Positions 34,983 to 46,214 of a stretch of 64,000 nucleotides of DNA are shown here, piece after piece. The position numbers and the translations under genes were made by a program. The notes under the pieces were generated by a model, which saw nothing but the letters and a program-made list of their open reading frames with translations, searched no databases and was not told the origin of the DNA. Source of the DNA: Schmidtea polychroa (lineage: Eukaryota); NCBI GenBank assembly GCA_044892525.1, contig CM097885.1, positions 199,578,001 to 199,642,000 on the forward strand, read 5' to 3'. Within the stretch, counting starts at the first letter, position 1. Each line of letters opens with the position of its first letter.

Positions 34983-37900
34983 TCAGTAGAAAGAAGCGAA
35001 ATGAAGACATGATGCAGAAGATGTATGAGACGACAGACAGAAGAAAGTGGAGTAAGATTGTAATAAACATGACGGCGATTGACATGCTTTGGGACTCTGG
35101 AGCGTCAGTATCAGTTATGAGTGAAAAAAGTTGGACAAAGATCGGGAAACCGAGGTTGAAGCAGAGCACAATTTCTCTTTGTGGAGTATTTTCGACGGGA
35201 ATGGAAAGACCGTTAGGAGCAATGACGATAGAAGCTGATTGGAATGGGAAAAAAAGAATTATTAATATTATAGTTGTCAAAGATATACGTCCAGATTTCA
35301 TTGGGGGTGTAGATACAATGGAGAGATTGGGTATTCAACTGGTAGAGGTAGACAATATTGAAGCGTCACAAGTAGGGAGGACATATGTGGACTCACAACG
35401 AGAAGAGAAAGCATTATTAATGCTTGGAGACCGGAAGAATGAACAGTTAGACATATTGCTACGGAAGTTCAAAGGTATTTTTATGGCTTCAACTTTTGAT
35501 CTCGGGTTTACGAAAGTTGTTCAGCATGAAATGAATATAGTAGGTGGGCCTGTAATGTTACAGCCAAGAAAACAACCAATGCATTTAGAACAAAAGCTTG
35601 ACGAACTTGTCACAAACTTATTAGAAGCGAGAGTTATTAGAAAATGCAAAAGTGCATGGAACGCGCCACTAGTGATTGTGGCTAAGAAAGATGGATCAAT
35701 ACGGATGTGTGTCGACTATAGAGGGTTGAATGCGATCACTGAAAAGATATCTTTTCTAATGCCAGATACACGATTTCTACTGGATTGTTTGGCAGATTCA
35801 AAATATTTCACATCCATCAATCTAGGTCAAGCATATTTTCAAGTTGGAATGGCGAAGGAAATTCAAGAGGTCACGGCTTTCAGTACAAGGCAAGGACAGT
35901 TTTGTTTTAACCGACTTCCTTTTGGACTAGCAACCGCCCCTGCGACGTTTCAAAGAATGATGCACTCAATGTTGGATGGAATATTATTTAAGGGTGTTGT
36001 TGTCTACCTCGACGACATTCTTGTCTATGGAAAAGACAAAGAGGAGCACAATAACCGATTAGAGGAAGTATTCAGAAGAATTCAACTAGCGGGGTTGAGA
36101 ATTAACCCAGAAAAATGTAATCTGTATAAAGAAGAATTGACATTCCTAGGGCACACTGTAAGTGCAAGTGGGATAAAAACGAACGAGAAGAAGATTAAAG
36201 AGATTCAAGATGCAGAAATACCAGTATGCTCCAAACAATTAAGATCCTTTTTAGGTATGACCAATTACTATAGGAAGTTTATAAAAGACTATGCGAAAAT
36301 TGCGGAACCTCTACATGCAGCTACGTCCGGCTGCGAGAAAAAGATTAATTGGTCAGAAGATTGCAACAATAGTTTTGAATTACTTAAAACAAAGTTGTGT
36401 GAAGCTCCAATTCTAGATTACCCAAGAATGGATAGAAACTTTATTCTGGATACAGACGCTAGTTTTGGGGCCATCGGAGCAGTTTTATGTCAAGCTAAAG
36501 AAGATGGTACTGAAGTGGTAATTGCATATGAGTCGAGACACTTGACCGCGCATGAAAAAGGTTATTGTGTGACTAGGAAGGAGTTACTTGCTATACACGA
36601 ATATGTAATGTATTTTAAACAATATCTATACGGAAAGTCATTTGTAGTACGAACGGATCACAAGGCGTTGGTTTTCATGAGATACACAAAAAAACCGATA
36701 AGCCCGCAATTTCAAACCTGGCTAGCCAACCTTTCCGGATATGATTTCGATCTTCAATATAGGAAAGGAGAGGAACATGGAAATGCGGACGGAATATCAA
36801 GGATTAAAGGGATGTTATGTGCACAATGCCAGACTAGACATGAAGACGCAAAAGAAGAAAAAGCCAGAGTAAGACATATCAGCTCATTACAGAAGACTGA
36901 GTCGATGACAAAACTCTTAGAAAAGCAACAAGATGATGTAGATTTCATTCACATGACAAGAGTGTTACAGGGAGAAGAGAAAAAAGATGACTTGAATAAA
37001 AAGAAATTTCCTTTCAATTTGCATAACAACATAAAATTAGAAGATGGGTTTTTATTATTAGAGAAGAATGGTAAAGATGTCATCCTGGTGCCGATAGACT
37101 GCTCAAATACGTTAGTTAAAGGAATACATACTGAAATGTGTCACATTGGAGTAAAGAAATTAATTAGTTATATGAGCAACATATTTTTTTGGCCAAACAT
37201 GCAAGAAACTATACAAAACTGTTTGAGAGTATGTGAGATATGCTGCAGAAGGAAAATAGTGCAGGAGAAGACAAAGGAACGATTGTTGCCGATAATAAGT
37301 TCAGAATTTTTAGAACAGTTGGTCATTGATATAGCACACATGAAGAATGGTGGAGTGTACAAGTATATGCTAGTTATCATTGATCGTTTTAGCAAAATGG
37401 TCAGTCTGACCGCACTGGAGAGACAAGACGAGAGATCGATTTTCAAAGCCATATTGGAGAAGTGGATATACCGTTTCGGAAAACCGCGAAATTGTATGTC
37501 AGACAGAGGGAAGAACTTCGATAGTGGTTTTATGAAAACAAATCTAGGAAGACTGGGTATTACGCAACAGTTCAGTTCACCATATCAGCATCAATCTAAC
37601 GGTTTAGTTGAGAGAACAATACGGACAGTCAGAGACTTGCTGGCGACATCATTAGCAGGTGGACTAGGAGAGCGAAATTGGGCGGAGTTACTTCCTCGAG
37701 TAGAATTTTGTATCAACGTGACACAAAAGAGCGCGACGGGATTTTCTCCATTTGAAATTGTTTTTGGGAGGAAGATTAACCTTCATTCAACATTGCCTCA
37801 GACGACATTGGATACAGTTGAGATACATAGATTGGTAAGAGAGAACAGTGAGAAAGCAGCTAAACGAATGAAAGAGATGGAAACAGAGAAGAGAACGAAT

Positions 37901-38089
37901 CGATGTTTCACGGTGGGGGAGAAAGTATTAGTTCGGAAAGAACCACAAAATCGCGACAAAGATGGACTACAGTATGAAGGTCCGTTTGTCATATCAAAGT
38001 TTTTGTCAGAACACCAGGTGGAATTGAGTGACGGGACGACAAAGAAACTCAGACGAATTGAATGGCTTAAGAGATGGGCAGTTCCTTAA
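34967..38089 (+). CDS. pol: Pol polyprotein of element B (PR-RT-RH-IN), -1 frame relative to gag
   Basis: LWDSGA, CVDYRGLN, YLDD, LDTDAS, TDHKA, H..MCH..C..C, IDRFSK, SDRG, SNGLVER, YEGPF. No internal stop in 1040 aa. Confidence 0.95.
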   Translation: MVDTIISRKKRNEDMMQKMYETTDRRKWSKIVINMTAIDMLWDSGASVSVMSEKSWTKIGKPRLKQSTISLCGVFSTGMERPLGAMTIEADWNGKKRIINIIVVKDIRPDFIGGVDTMERLGIQLVEVDNIEASQVGRTYVDSQREEKALLMLGDRKNEQLDILLRKFKGIFMASTFDLGFTKVVQHEMNIVGGPVMLQPRKQPMHLEQKLDELVTNLLEARVIRKCKSAWNAPLVIVAKKDGSIRMCVDYRGLNAITEKISFLMPDTRFLLDCLADSKYFTSINLGQAYFQVGMAKEIQEVTAFSTRQGQFCFNRLPFGLATAPATFQRMMHSMLDGILFKGVVVYLDDILVYGKDKEEHNNRLEEVFRRIQLAGLRINPEKCNLYKEELTFLGHTVSASGIKTNEKKIKEIQDAEIPVCSKQLRSFLGMTNYYRKFIKDYAKIAEPLHAATSGCEKKINWSEDCNNSFELLKTKLCEAPILDYPRMDRNFILDTDASFGAIGAVLCQAKEDGTEVVIAYESRHLTAHEKGYCVTRKELLAIHEYVMYFKQYLYGKSFVVRTDHKALVFMRYTKKPISPQFQTWLANLSGYDFDLQYRKGEEHGNADGISRIKGMLCAQCQTRHEDAKEEKARVRHISSLQKTESMTKLLEKQQDDVDFIHMTRVLQGEEKKDDLNKKKFPFNLHNNIKLEDGFLLLEKNGKDVILVPIDCSNTLVKGIHTEMCHIGVKKLISYMSNIFFWPNMQETIQNCLRVCEICCRRKIVQEKTKERLLPIISSEFLEQLVIDIAHMKNGGVYKYMLVIIDRFSKMVSLTALERQDERSIFKAILEKWIYRFGKPRNCMSDRGKNFDSGFMKTNLGRLGITQQFSSPYQHQSNGLVERTIRTVRDLLATSLAGGLGERNWAELLPRVEFCINVTQKSATGFSPFEIVFGRKINLHSTLPQTTLDTVEIHRLVRENSEKAAKRMKEMETEKRTNRCFTVGEKVLVRKEPQNRDKDGLQYEGPFVISKFLSEHQVELSDGTTKKLRRIEWLKRWAVP

Positions 38090-38099
38090 AGAAGGGGAG

Positions 38100-38214
38100 A
38101 GTTATGTAAAGTTTTGTTTTAATAATATTCGTTTTAGCGTGTTTTTGAAAAATATATTTTATTGAATTATTATTGATTTATTTTATGAATTTAGAAGTTG
38201 AAGACATCATAACT
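38100..38214 (+). repeat. 3' LTR of element B
   Basis: Identical to 33650-33764. Confidence 0.95.
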
Positions 38215-39386
38215 GAATGTTTTGATATGTTGAAATGGTTCGAAATATTATTTGGATTTGAATTAATTCCCCAGTAATGAATTAAGAAAATACTTTGTTT
38301 AAATAATATATAATTATTCACGACTTTGAATTTATTAATGTCTAAAATTAAAACGAATCCTAACACTGTTATTATGAAATAGTGCATTGAACAACTGATT
38401 TTAAATTTAATTAATAACTAAATTATCGGGGATTCGAATTTTAATATGCATAGAGTTGTGTCAGATAAAACCGAGTTAATAAATGATGACACTTACGATT
38501 GACTTAAGTATAATTTCAGGAGAACAACATTTGCGTGTGTTTAGCCTGGAGCTATAACAATTACGAGCGGAAGAAGTTACACGAGACTGGTACCATGGCT
38601 GCTTTATAATGGAATCCAAGAACGCGGCATGTCAAAAGAACCTTCTTGTACAATGATGTGATTTGAAATAAAAACTTAGCACATCTGTTATTATAATTCA
38701 GAATGTTTAGAAAGCCAACAATTAATAAATATGGGACCTAAAATTAAGTCGGACATATGGCTTCTAACGGTAGTCCGCGAATCCGCTCTAGTGCTTGCCG
38801 ATTATAGAGTACAAAGATACACTCACTTTTCGCAAGTACTCACCCATTCGATACAGTTTCAACGATGATTGCTTAATGAGTATGAAGTGGTAAAGCAACT
38901 TTGTTCTCTGGGTTACGCTAGAAACAGCACGAAAGGTAAGATGTGGATTACCTGTAACCCACCAATGGTACTACGGCAGTTAGTCGTCGGCGATTCCACT
39001 TCAAGCTTTCGTTGTCTGTAAGTTATCCCATGCTGAGCTGGTATCGTCGTCAACTATTACTCTCATTATGATTTCTTCATCATGATTTTCTTGATCGGTG
39101 ATATGTAAATTGGGTCGAAAGATCCTATTAAAGTTTCTGAAACTACTGAAAATCCAGTTGTTAATACTGATGTTGCTATCGACAGTGTTGCCTTGATACT
39201 AATCTAGTCACAAGATTGTGTTGTTGTGGTATAGTTGGACGATGGATTGTGACTTGTGTGAGTATCATGTACATGAATCTCATTTTATTCGAAATATTAC
39301 GAGCGATTGCTGTTTGAATCAATTCATCAATACTTTATATTAGTCGAAGTTAAACAATGGACGATCAAAGATTTATTCGATAATAT

Positions 39387-39463
39387 TGTTGGGTTTTTAT
39401 TGTAAGTCGGTACTACGGTCTGACTCCTTTGTGTTCTTTTCAAAATAAATAAACGACCCAACA
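39387..39463. repeat. 77-bp unit with inverted termini TGTTGGGT...ACCCAACA and AATAAA near the end
   Basis: Read directly. No TSD, so possibly the end of a longer LTR. Confidence 0.45.
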
Positions 39464-39759
39464 CAAAATCTTTATTAACACTTATGCAGTTACACTTTTA
39501 CACTTTTTATTAGTATACTCACACTTGATACAATCAGGTTTTGTCTGCACTTTTCAATTTGCCAACAAATCTCACACAGGGGTAGATCTTCCAACGGGAG
39601 ATGTCCCTTTCTGGTACGTTCGATTTTTTAAATTGTTTATTTTCTACTAACTTTAATGTTTCCTTTTTCGTTCTCGTCAAACTTCTACTTTCTTTTCTTC
39701 GACCAACTGGCATTTTGGTTTTCTTGCCAGTTGCTTTTTATACCCACTTGGTAATTGAC

Positions 39760-40672
39760 TGTTGGGCTAGAACTGATTTCTAGACCCAAAGTTGGGAATG
39801 GGACGAAATGTGTCAGTACACAACACGCATACCCAGCATTAAGTTTACTTAAATAAAAATATATAAAACACTAAGTAAACAATGATAATAGAGAGATAAT
39901 ATACCCAAAAAATAAAACATCTGAATTAAAAATAAAATAAAACACGAAAACTTACTCAAATATAACCGAAAGACATAAAACAACAAAAAAACAAATTCGA
40001 ATAAAGGCGATTAGTAAAAATTAAAAAAAAAATTAAAGAAAATCTTCATAAAATCTTACATAAAGAAAATTATATCGATATTTTGAATAAAAATCCAGAA
40101 CAATTCATAAAAATGGCGAAATCCATCATGACGGCCAAACGACCCAATAAAATTTATAAAAAATAAATATTTTAGTTTAAAAAATAAATATTTTAGAAAA
40201 GAAATCATAAAAAACAATTTAAAAATAAGAAATAGATCGAATTTAGCATGGACTGTTCTGGAAATGCTGAAATCCATCATGGAGGCAAATTTAATAAAAA
40301 ATAATTCGAAAATAAAATTTCAAAAATAAAAACAAAAATTCTTACTGAAAAATCGCCATCAAAATCGATAAAAATTAAAAATCGAATTTTCGAGAATTAA
40401 AATAATCTGAATTTGTTTTACTGCATCAATGCACGCATGTATACTTACACGTCAAACAGAGGCTATATAAACTAACACATTTCGTCACTTTTTAAGCAAG
40501 GAAAAAAATGAAAATGAATATTTTTACTCTTATGTCAAATTTTTGATTTTGATTTTTCTGAGATTGTAAGTAAGGACGATTTCATTGTGAATTATAAATT
40601 ATTATTATTGAAACCTTGTTTTCATTATTTCTATTTAATTATAGAGGTGTAGATTTGAATGAGATCGTCGGT
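39760..40672 (-). mobile_element. Family X LTR-like young copy (inverted relative to 1-923)
   Basis: Reverse complement of 1-923 with few differences. True right end probably lies beyond 40672. Confidence 0.8.
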
Positions 40673-41802
40673 TATCAATGATTTTGAAGCGAGATCCCAG
40701 CCAAACCTGCACCTATGCACTTTATCATTTATGAATGCACAGTTCATAATGATTTCGGGTCATCGACCCTACATGCACTAAAATCATAATCTTAACCAGA
40801 GGTCGCCACGAACTATTGGTGTTTAACCATGAGTAGGGCGTATAAATCCTTCTTGGTAGTTGGCATAGTCACAGGGACTATGCGGACGAAATAATTATGG
40901 GAAACTAATTGTGGATACATATTACAATAGGGCCTATCGTACCGTACTCAGTGTAGTCGGGAAAGTAGGTAAATTTTAATTAAATCGACCTTTTCGTTAA
41001 CTTACATACCTAAATTAACACTTAAATTATACTATTTTGCACACAACATTAGGAACTGATAAACGGGGAATATCCCCTGACTCAAATTTCACACAATACA
41101 ACATGCTAGTGTAGCTGGTTATTTCTAAACGAATCCCTCTTAAACTATAAATTCAATGTGAACCTAAGAAACTAATTAACTCAAAATAACAGGGAGATCC
41201 CTGCGCAAAATTTTTTAAGGCAATTAAAGACTTAAAAATTTTGAACCATTCCCTGTAAGAATACTGCAACCTAAAGTTCATGCGATGAGTAGGACCTAAG
41301 ATGATATAATCTCAATCGCACTGGTAAGCGAACTAAAATCTATAGATGCCCACAAAATAACCTATTTTGATGCAAACTAAATTTCTCTATCGTAATGGTC
41401 TTGGTATGCGCAAATTCCCGTAGACATATTGATAAAGTCTCTTTATTTATAAACTACTAATATTATATCTATAACTTATAAGTTCGGGCAACATCTTCAC
41501 ATTATACTACACTAAATTGAATAGACTCTAAACTAACTATAAAAATACAAATCGTAAACCCATAAAAGTATAAACTATCCTCTCAATTTCATAAAAATAT
41601 GAATTATACTTATAGATTTAATTTCTTCAAAATATAAATTATGATTAGTTATAGTTAAATCCATCTTTAAATTTGCAGCAAAAATCTTGAAACTAACAAT
41701 GTATATTTAATCAAAGAATTTCTAAATAACAAGTTTTAATTTAATTCGCAAAACCGCCAATTCCCAATTATTTAAACAAACAGATATCTAACTCTCCCCT
41801 TC

Positions 41803-42978
41803 TTAAGAATTTTTCCACTTCTTCAGCCACTCGATTCTTCTTTCTTTCGTTCCTTCTTGTGAATGTAGTTCGACTCGATGAGGTGATAGAAATCTGGCGA
41901 TTTTATATGGGCCATCGTATTGCATACCATCCTTGTGCCTGTTCTGCGGCTCTTTACGTACGAGTACCTCCTCCCCAACCTCGAAAACACGAGTGCCCCT
42001 CTTTGTCTTATCCATGGCTCTCATAGTGTCTGCGGCTTTACTCGAATTAAATCTCGCGTCTTCGATTCTTTCGCTTCTTGATATCTCGGCTTGTTTCAGG
42101 TTAGAGTGTAGGTTAACACTCCGTCCATAGATTATCTCAAATGGTGATAAACCTGTAGCACTTTGTCGACTGCTATTTATAGTGAACTCTATTCTGGGTA
42201 GAAGTTCGTGCCAGTTTCTCTCTTCACATCCGCCTGCCAATGTTGCTGTAATAAGATCTCTTATCGTTCGTATGGCTCTTTCGGCTAAACCATTTGATTG
42301 GTGCTGATAAGGTGAGCTGAATTCCTGTTTGATTCCAAGTTTCTGTAGCTTCTGTCTTAGGAAATTCCCTTCGAAATTTCGGCCTCTATCTGTTAAAATG
42401 CTCTTCGGTTTTCCAAATCGATAGATCCAACTATTAAGTATTGTTTTGAAAATGGTCCCTTCGTCTTGCTTTGTGATTGCAGTTAAAGAAATCAGTTTGC
42501 TAAAACGGTCCACCATTACTACCATATATTTTTTCATGGCGTTTATTTCCATGTAAGCCACATCTAAAACAATCTGTTCTAGGAATTCAGAGCTATATCT
42601 AGGAATAAATGTTTCCTTGGTTCTTGTCTGATCGATCTTTCTCTAAGCGCAGATCTCGCAACATCGTAAACAGAGTTGGATTGTTTCTTGCATTTTCGGC
42701 CAATAAAATATCTTTTCCATATAATGAAATAATTTCTTAACTCCAATGTGACATAGTTCTTCATGTAGTGTTGTTGTTAACAGGCCTGCAAATGTTTCTG
42801 GGACTAACATTAAGATATTTTTGTTCTTTTCTACTGTTATTAATCCTCCATCAATTCGTGTATTTTTTACGTTAAAAGGAAAACAATTCTTTTTCTCCCG
42901 TGTACATCCATTTTCCAATATCTCTCGCAGCTCTTGAAACCGAATGTCCTTTTGTTGTTGTTCCCATACTTTTTCCAT
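41803..42978 (-). pseudogene. Integrase of element C (frameshift and stop upstream of the core)
   Basis: HEELCH..C..C in 42643-42978. VDRFSK, TDRG, SNGLAER and YDGPY in 41803-42561. Confidence 0.88.
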
Positions 42979-45900
42979 AGCTTCTGTTCTTTGGATAGTA
43001 TATATATATATCTAATCTTTGATTTTCCTTGCTTAGCTTCTTCATGTCTTGTTTGACACTGGGTGCAAATCATACTTTTTAATCTTGATAGTCCATCTGC
43101 ATTCGAGTGTTCTTCTCCTTTCCGATATTTTAGTTCAAAATCATATTCCGACAGGTTAGCTAACCATGTTTGGAACTGCGGACTGATTGGCGTTTTTGTA
43201 GTGTTCATGAAAACCAATGCCTTGTGGTCGGTGCGAATTATGAATTTTTTTCCGTACAGATATTCTCTAAAATGCATGACGTATTCATGTACGGCGAGCA
43301 GTTCTTTCCTGGTTACACAGTATCCCTTTTCATGTGATGACATATGTCTCGAGCCATAAGCTATGACAGATTCTTCTCCATCTTCTGTAATTTGACTCAA
43401 AACTGCACCAATGGCTCCAAAACTAGCGTCTGTGTCTAAGATAAAAGTCCTATCTTCTCTTGGAAAATCAAGGATAGGTGCTTCGCACAACCGTCTCTTC
43501 AGAGTTTGGAAGCTCTCATTGCATTCTTTAGTCCAATTTATATCTTTATCGCATCCAGATGTTGCAGCGTATAATGGTTCGGCGATTTTGGCATAGTCTT
43601 TGATGAATCTTCTATAGTAGTTCGTTAATCCGAGAAACGATCTCAATTGTTTTGAACATTTTGGTACTTCTGCTTTCTCGATCTCTTCCACTTTCTTCCT
43701 GTTTGTCTGGATACCCTTCTCGTTAATTGTGTGACCAAGGAAACACAATTCTGTTTTATTGAATTTGCATTTTTCTGGATTTATCTTCAGTCCTGCCACT
43801 TGAATTCTTCTGAATATTTCCCTTAATAGCTCATCGTGGTCTTTTTGACTTTTACCATATACCAAGATATCATCTAGATAAACTACTACTCCCTTGAATA
43901 GCATTCCTTCTAGCACTGTGTGCATCAGTCTCTGGAATGTCGCAGGAGCTGTTGCTAAGCAAAATGGTAGTCTATTGAAGCAAAATTGTCCTTCTCTTGT
44001 ACTGAATGAAGTCATCTCTTGAATTTCTGGAGCTAACTCCACTTGATAATACGCCTGACCTATATCGATTGACGAAAATATTTTTGCATTCGCGAGACAG
44101 TCTAGTAAGAATTTGGTGTTAGGCATCGGAAATGACTCTTTTTCTGTTATGGAATTTAATCCACGATAATCTACACACATCCTGATAGATCCATCTTTCT
44201 TCCCTACTATCACTAACGGGGCATTCCAAGGACTCTTGCAACACCGAATAACATTTGCTTTCATTAACTCTTTTATCAGTTCTTCAATCTTTTTCTCCAT
44301 GTGCATTGGTTGACGTCGAGGATGTTGCATTATTGGGCCTCCTGTTATCCGCATCTCATGTCGAACTAAGTTTGTAAATCCCAGATCGAATTTCGATGCC
44401 ATAAAAATTCCGCCGAATTCCCTGATCATTCCTTCAATATCTTTATTATTCTCACCTGCCATCGCCACTAGTGCTTTATTTATTCTTTCTTCATCAGTGT
44501 AAATTTTGTTTATCAATGACGTTTCTATATTATTGATTTTCATTAACTTTACTCCAAACTCTTTCATTGTATCAATGCCCCATATGAATTCGGGTTTGAT
44601 CTCTTTTACCACTACTACTGTGATCATTTTGGTCTTCTGATTCCACGTGGCCGGTATAGTCATGTATCCCATTGCTTCTTCACCTCCAGTTGAAAAATCT
44701 CCGCACAATAATATCATACAGCGTTTAAGTTCTGGTTTGCCTATTTTCTCCCACAAATTCTTGCTCATAACTGTTACTGATGCTCCAGAATCCCATAACA
44801 TCTCTATTTCGGCATTATTCAACATTATTTTACTCCAATTTCTTCCATCTTTCGTCTGGTACATCTCTTCTTCTGCCTCGTCTCTTCGTTGTTCATTTCC
44901 TATTTCACAATTTATTGTCTTGACTCCCATCTTGAAACCCATGGAGTCGCTGATGTTTTTTCCGTCTTCTCTCAATATAGTATATTTCTCAGGGACATTG
45001 TATCTATCTTCCATATTGCTGTGATCCATTCTGAAATCCTGGCTGGTCTCGGTGTAATCTCTTGTTTCAGATTTTGAATCTTCTTCTTCTATGCACGCTA
45101 TTCTTTGATATCGTTGTGGAACATCTTTCCGTAACGAAAAACAATCTCGGAACCCGTGTCCTTCCTTGCCACATATCAGACATTTATTTCCCAGTGGACA
45201 CTCATACCTTCTATGTCCCCTTTCGCCACAGCAAAAACAATCACCTACCGTTAATTTTGGGACCGATGCTTGTGGTAGTCCCCTACTTTCATTGTACAGC
45301 CTCCTTGCAATATTCTTCATGGATATTGTTGGCAGCTTCCTTTCTGAGCTATTCGGGATTCTCGCATTTCTCAAGAATTGTTGTCTTGGAGATTGTTCTC
45401 GACGACCATGGTTATTTCCTTCGTATTGTATTGGTCCGCGTATAGGATGTTCGTCTCTTCTTGATCTGTGGTGACTAAATTGGTCCTCTGGTAGTCTTCT
45501 TTGTGATGATGTATGCATGGGATCTTGGGTATTCTTTTGAATTCTCATCTTCCCTCCCTCAGTCACGCTTGCGTATGTTCTTTGACCGATTGCTTTAATA
45601 AATTCTGTTTTATGGTTTCCATTTTTGTTACTTTCAAAAATTTTCGCCAATGATCTCGTTTCTTCAATTTTTGTTTCTGGTTTCGTCAATAGTATCTCTC
45701 TCAGTCTCGCATCGCGTGCTTTATTTGCGATGAGATCTTGAACAATATCTTCTTCTGATCGTCCTGAATTTATAACTTCAGCTAAAGCTTTCCTTAGCCG
45801 TATTTCAAAAGCTGCAAACCTTTCATCATCTTCCTGTTCCATAGCTGCCAATTCTCTGATTTTGTCAGTTATTGATTTTGTAATTGTGAACGTATTTAAG

Positions 45901-46214
45901 AACCACGCTTTGGCTTTTACATCTGTTGTTTCTGTTTCTCTGACGTTTCCCCACAATGTCTTTGCTTCTGCCACTAATAACACATCGAAAGTGCTTGTCA
46001 ATCGCTGTCCATTTGTCAGCAACCATTCTTCTATATCCCTGATCCATTCTTCGGCTTCTTTTAAACCTCGTCCATCATATCGTCTGATGTTCAATGTGAG
46101 CATGTCTTGGCATGATTTCGGTAGGCATTCCATTAGCGATTTTGTCGATTTTGAAATGGCGTTGATATTTTGATTTTCGGCGTGGTCGCCAGTTAAATCC
46201 ATCTTTAGATCCAT
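42867..46214 (-). CDS. Fused gag-PR-RT-RH ORF of element C (1115 aa, frameshifts at a TA run near 43005)
   Basis: Two CCHC knuckles, LWDSGA, YLDD, LDTDAS, TDHKA in one frame. Confidence 0.88.
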   Translation of the reverse strand: MDLKMDLTGDHAENQNINAISKSTKSLMECLPKSCQDMLTLNIRRYDGRGLKEAEEWIRDIEEWLLTNGQRLTSTFDVLLVAEAKTLWGNVRETETTDVKAKAWFLNTFTITKSITDKIRELAAMEQEDDERFAAFEIRLRKALAEVINSGRSEEDIVQDLIANKARDARLREILLTKPETKIEETRSLAKIFESNKNGNHKTEFIKAIGQRTYASVTEGGKMRIQKNTQDPMHTSSQRRLPEDQFSHHRSRRDEHPIRGPIQYEGNNHGRREQSPRQQFLRNARIPNSSERKLPTISMKNIARRLYNESRGLPQASVPKLTVGDCFCCGERGHRRYECPLGNKCLICGKEGHGFRDCFSLRKDVPQRYQRIACIEEEDSKSETRDYTETSQDFRMDHSNMEDRYNVPEKYTILREDGKNISDSMGFKMGVKTINCEIGNEQRRDEAEEEMYQTKDGRNWSKIMLNNAEIEMLWDSGASVTVMSKNLWEKIGKPELKRCMILLCGDFSTGGEEAMGYMTIPATWNQKTKMITVVVVKEIKPEFIWGIDTMKEFGVKLMKINNIETSLINKIYTDEERINKALVAMAGENNKDIEGMIREFGGIFMASKFDLGFTNLVRHEMRITGGPIMQHPRRQPMHMEKKIEELIKELMKANVIRCCKSPWNAPLVIVGKKDGSIRMCVDYRGLNSITEKESFPMPNTKFLLDCLANAKIFSSIDIGQAYYQVELAPEIQEMTSFSTREGQFCFNRLPFCLATAPATFQRLMHTVLEGMLFKGVVVYLDDILVYGKSQKDHDELLREIFRRIQVAGLKINPEKCKFNKTELCFLGHTINEKGIQTNRKKVEEIEKAEVPKCSKQLRSFLGLTNYYRRFIKDYAKIAEPLYAATSGCDKDINWTKECNESFQTLKRRLCEAPILDFPREDRTFILDTDASFGAIGAVLSQITEDGEESVIAYGSRHMSSHEKGYCVTRKELLAVHEYVMHFREYLYGKKFIIRTDHKALVFMNTTKTPISPQFQTWLANLSEYDFELKYRKGEEHSNADGLSRLKSMICTQCQTRHEEAKQGKSKIRYIYILSKEQKLWKKYGNNNKRTFGFKSCERYWKMDVHGRKRIVFLLT

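Larger units (their letters stand above)
33650..38214 (+). mobile_element. Ty3/Gypsy LTR retrotransposon B, intact, 4565 bp
   Basis: Identical 115-bp LTRs 33650-33764 and 38100-38214 (AGTTATG...CATAACT). Perfect TSD GAATG. PBS TGGCGACCACG at 33764-33774. PPT 38088-38099. Open gag and pol. Confidence 0.97.
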
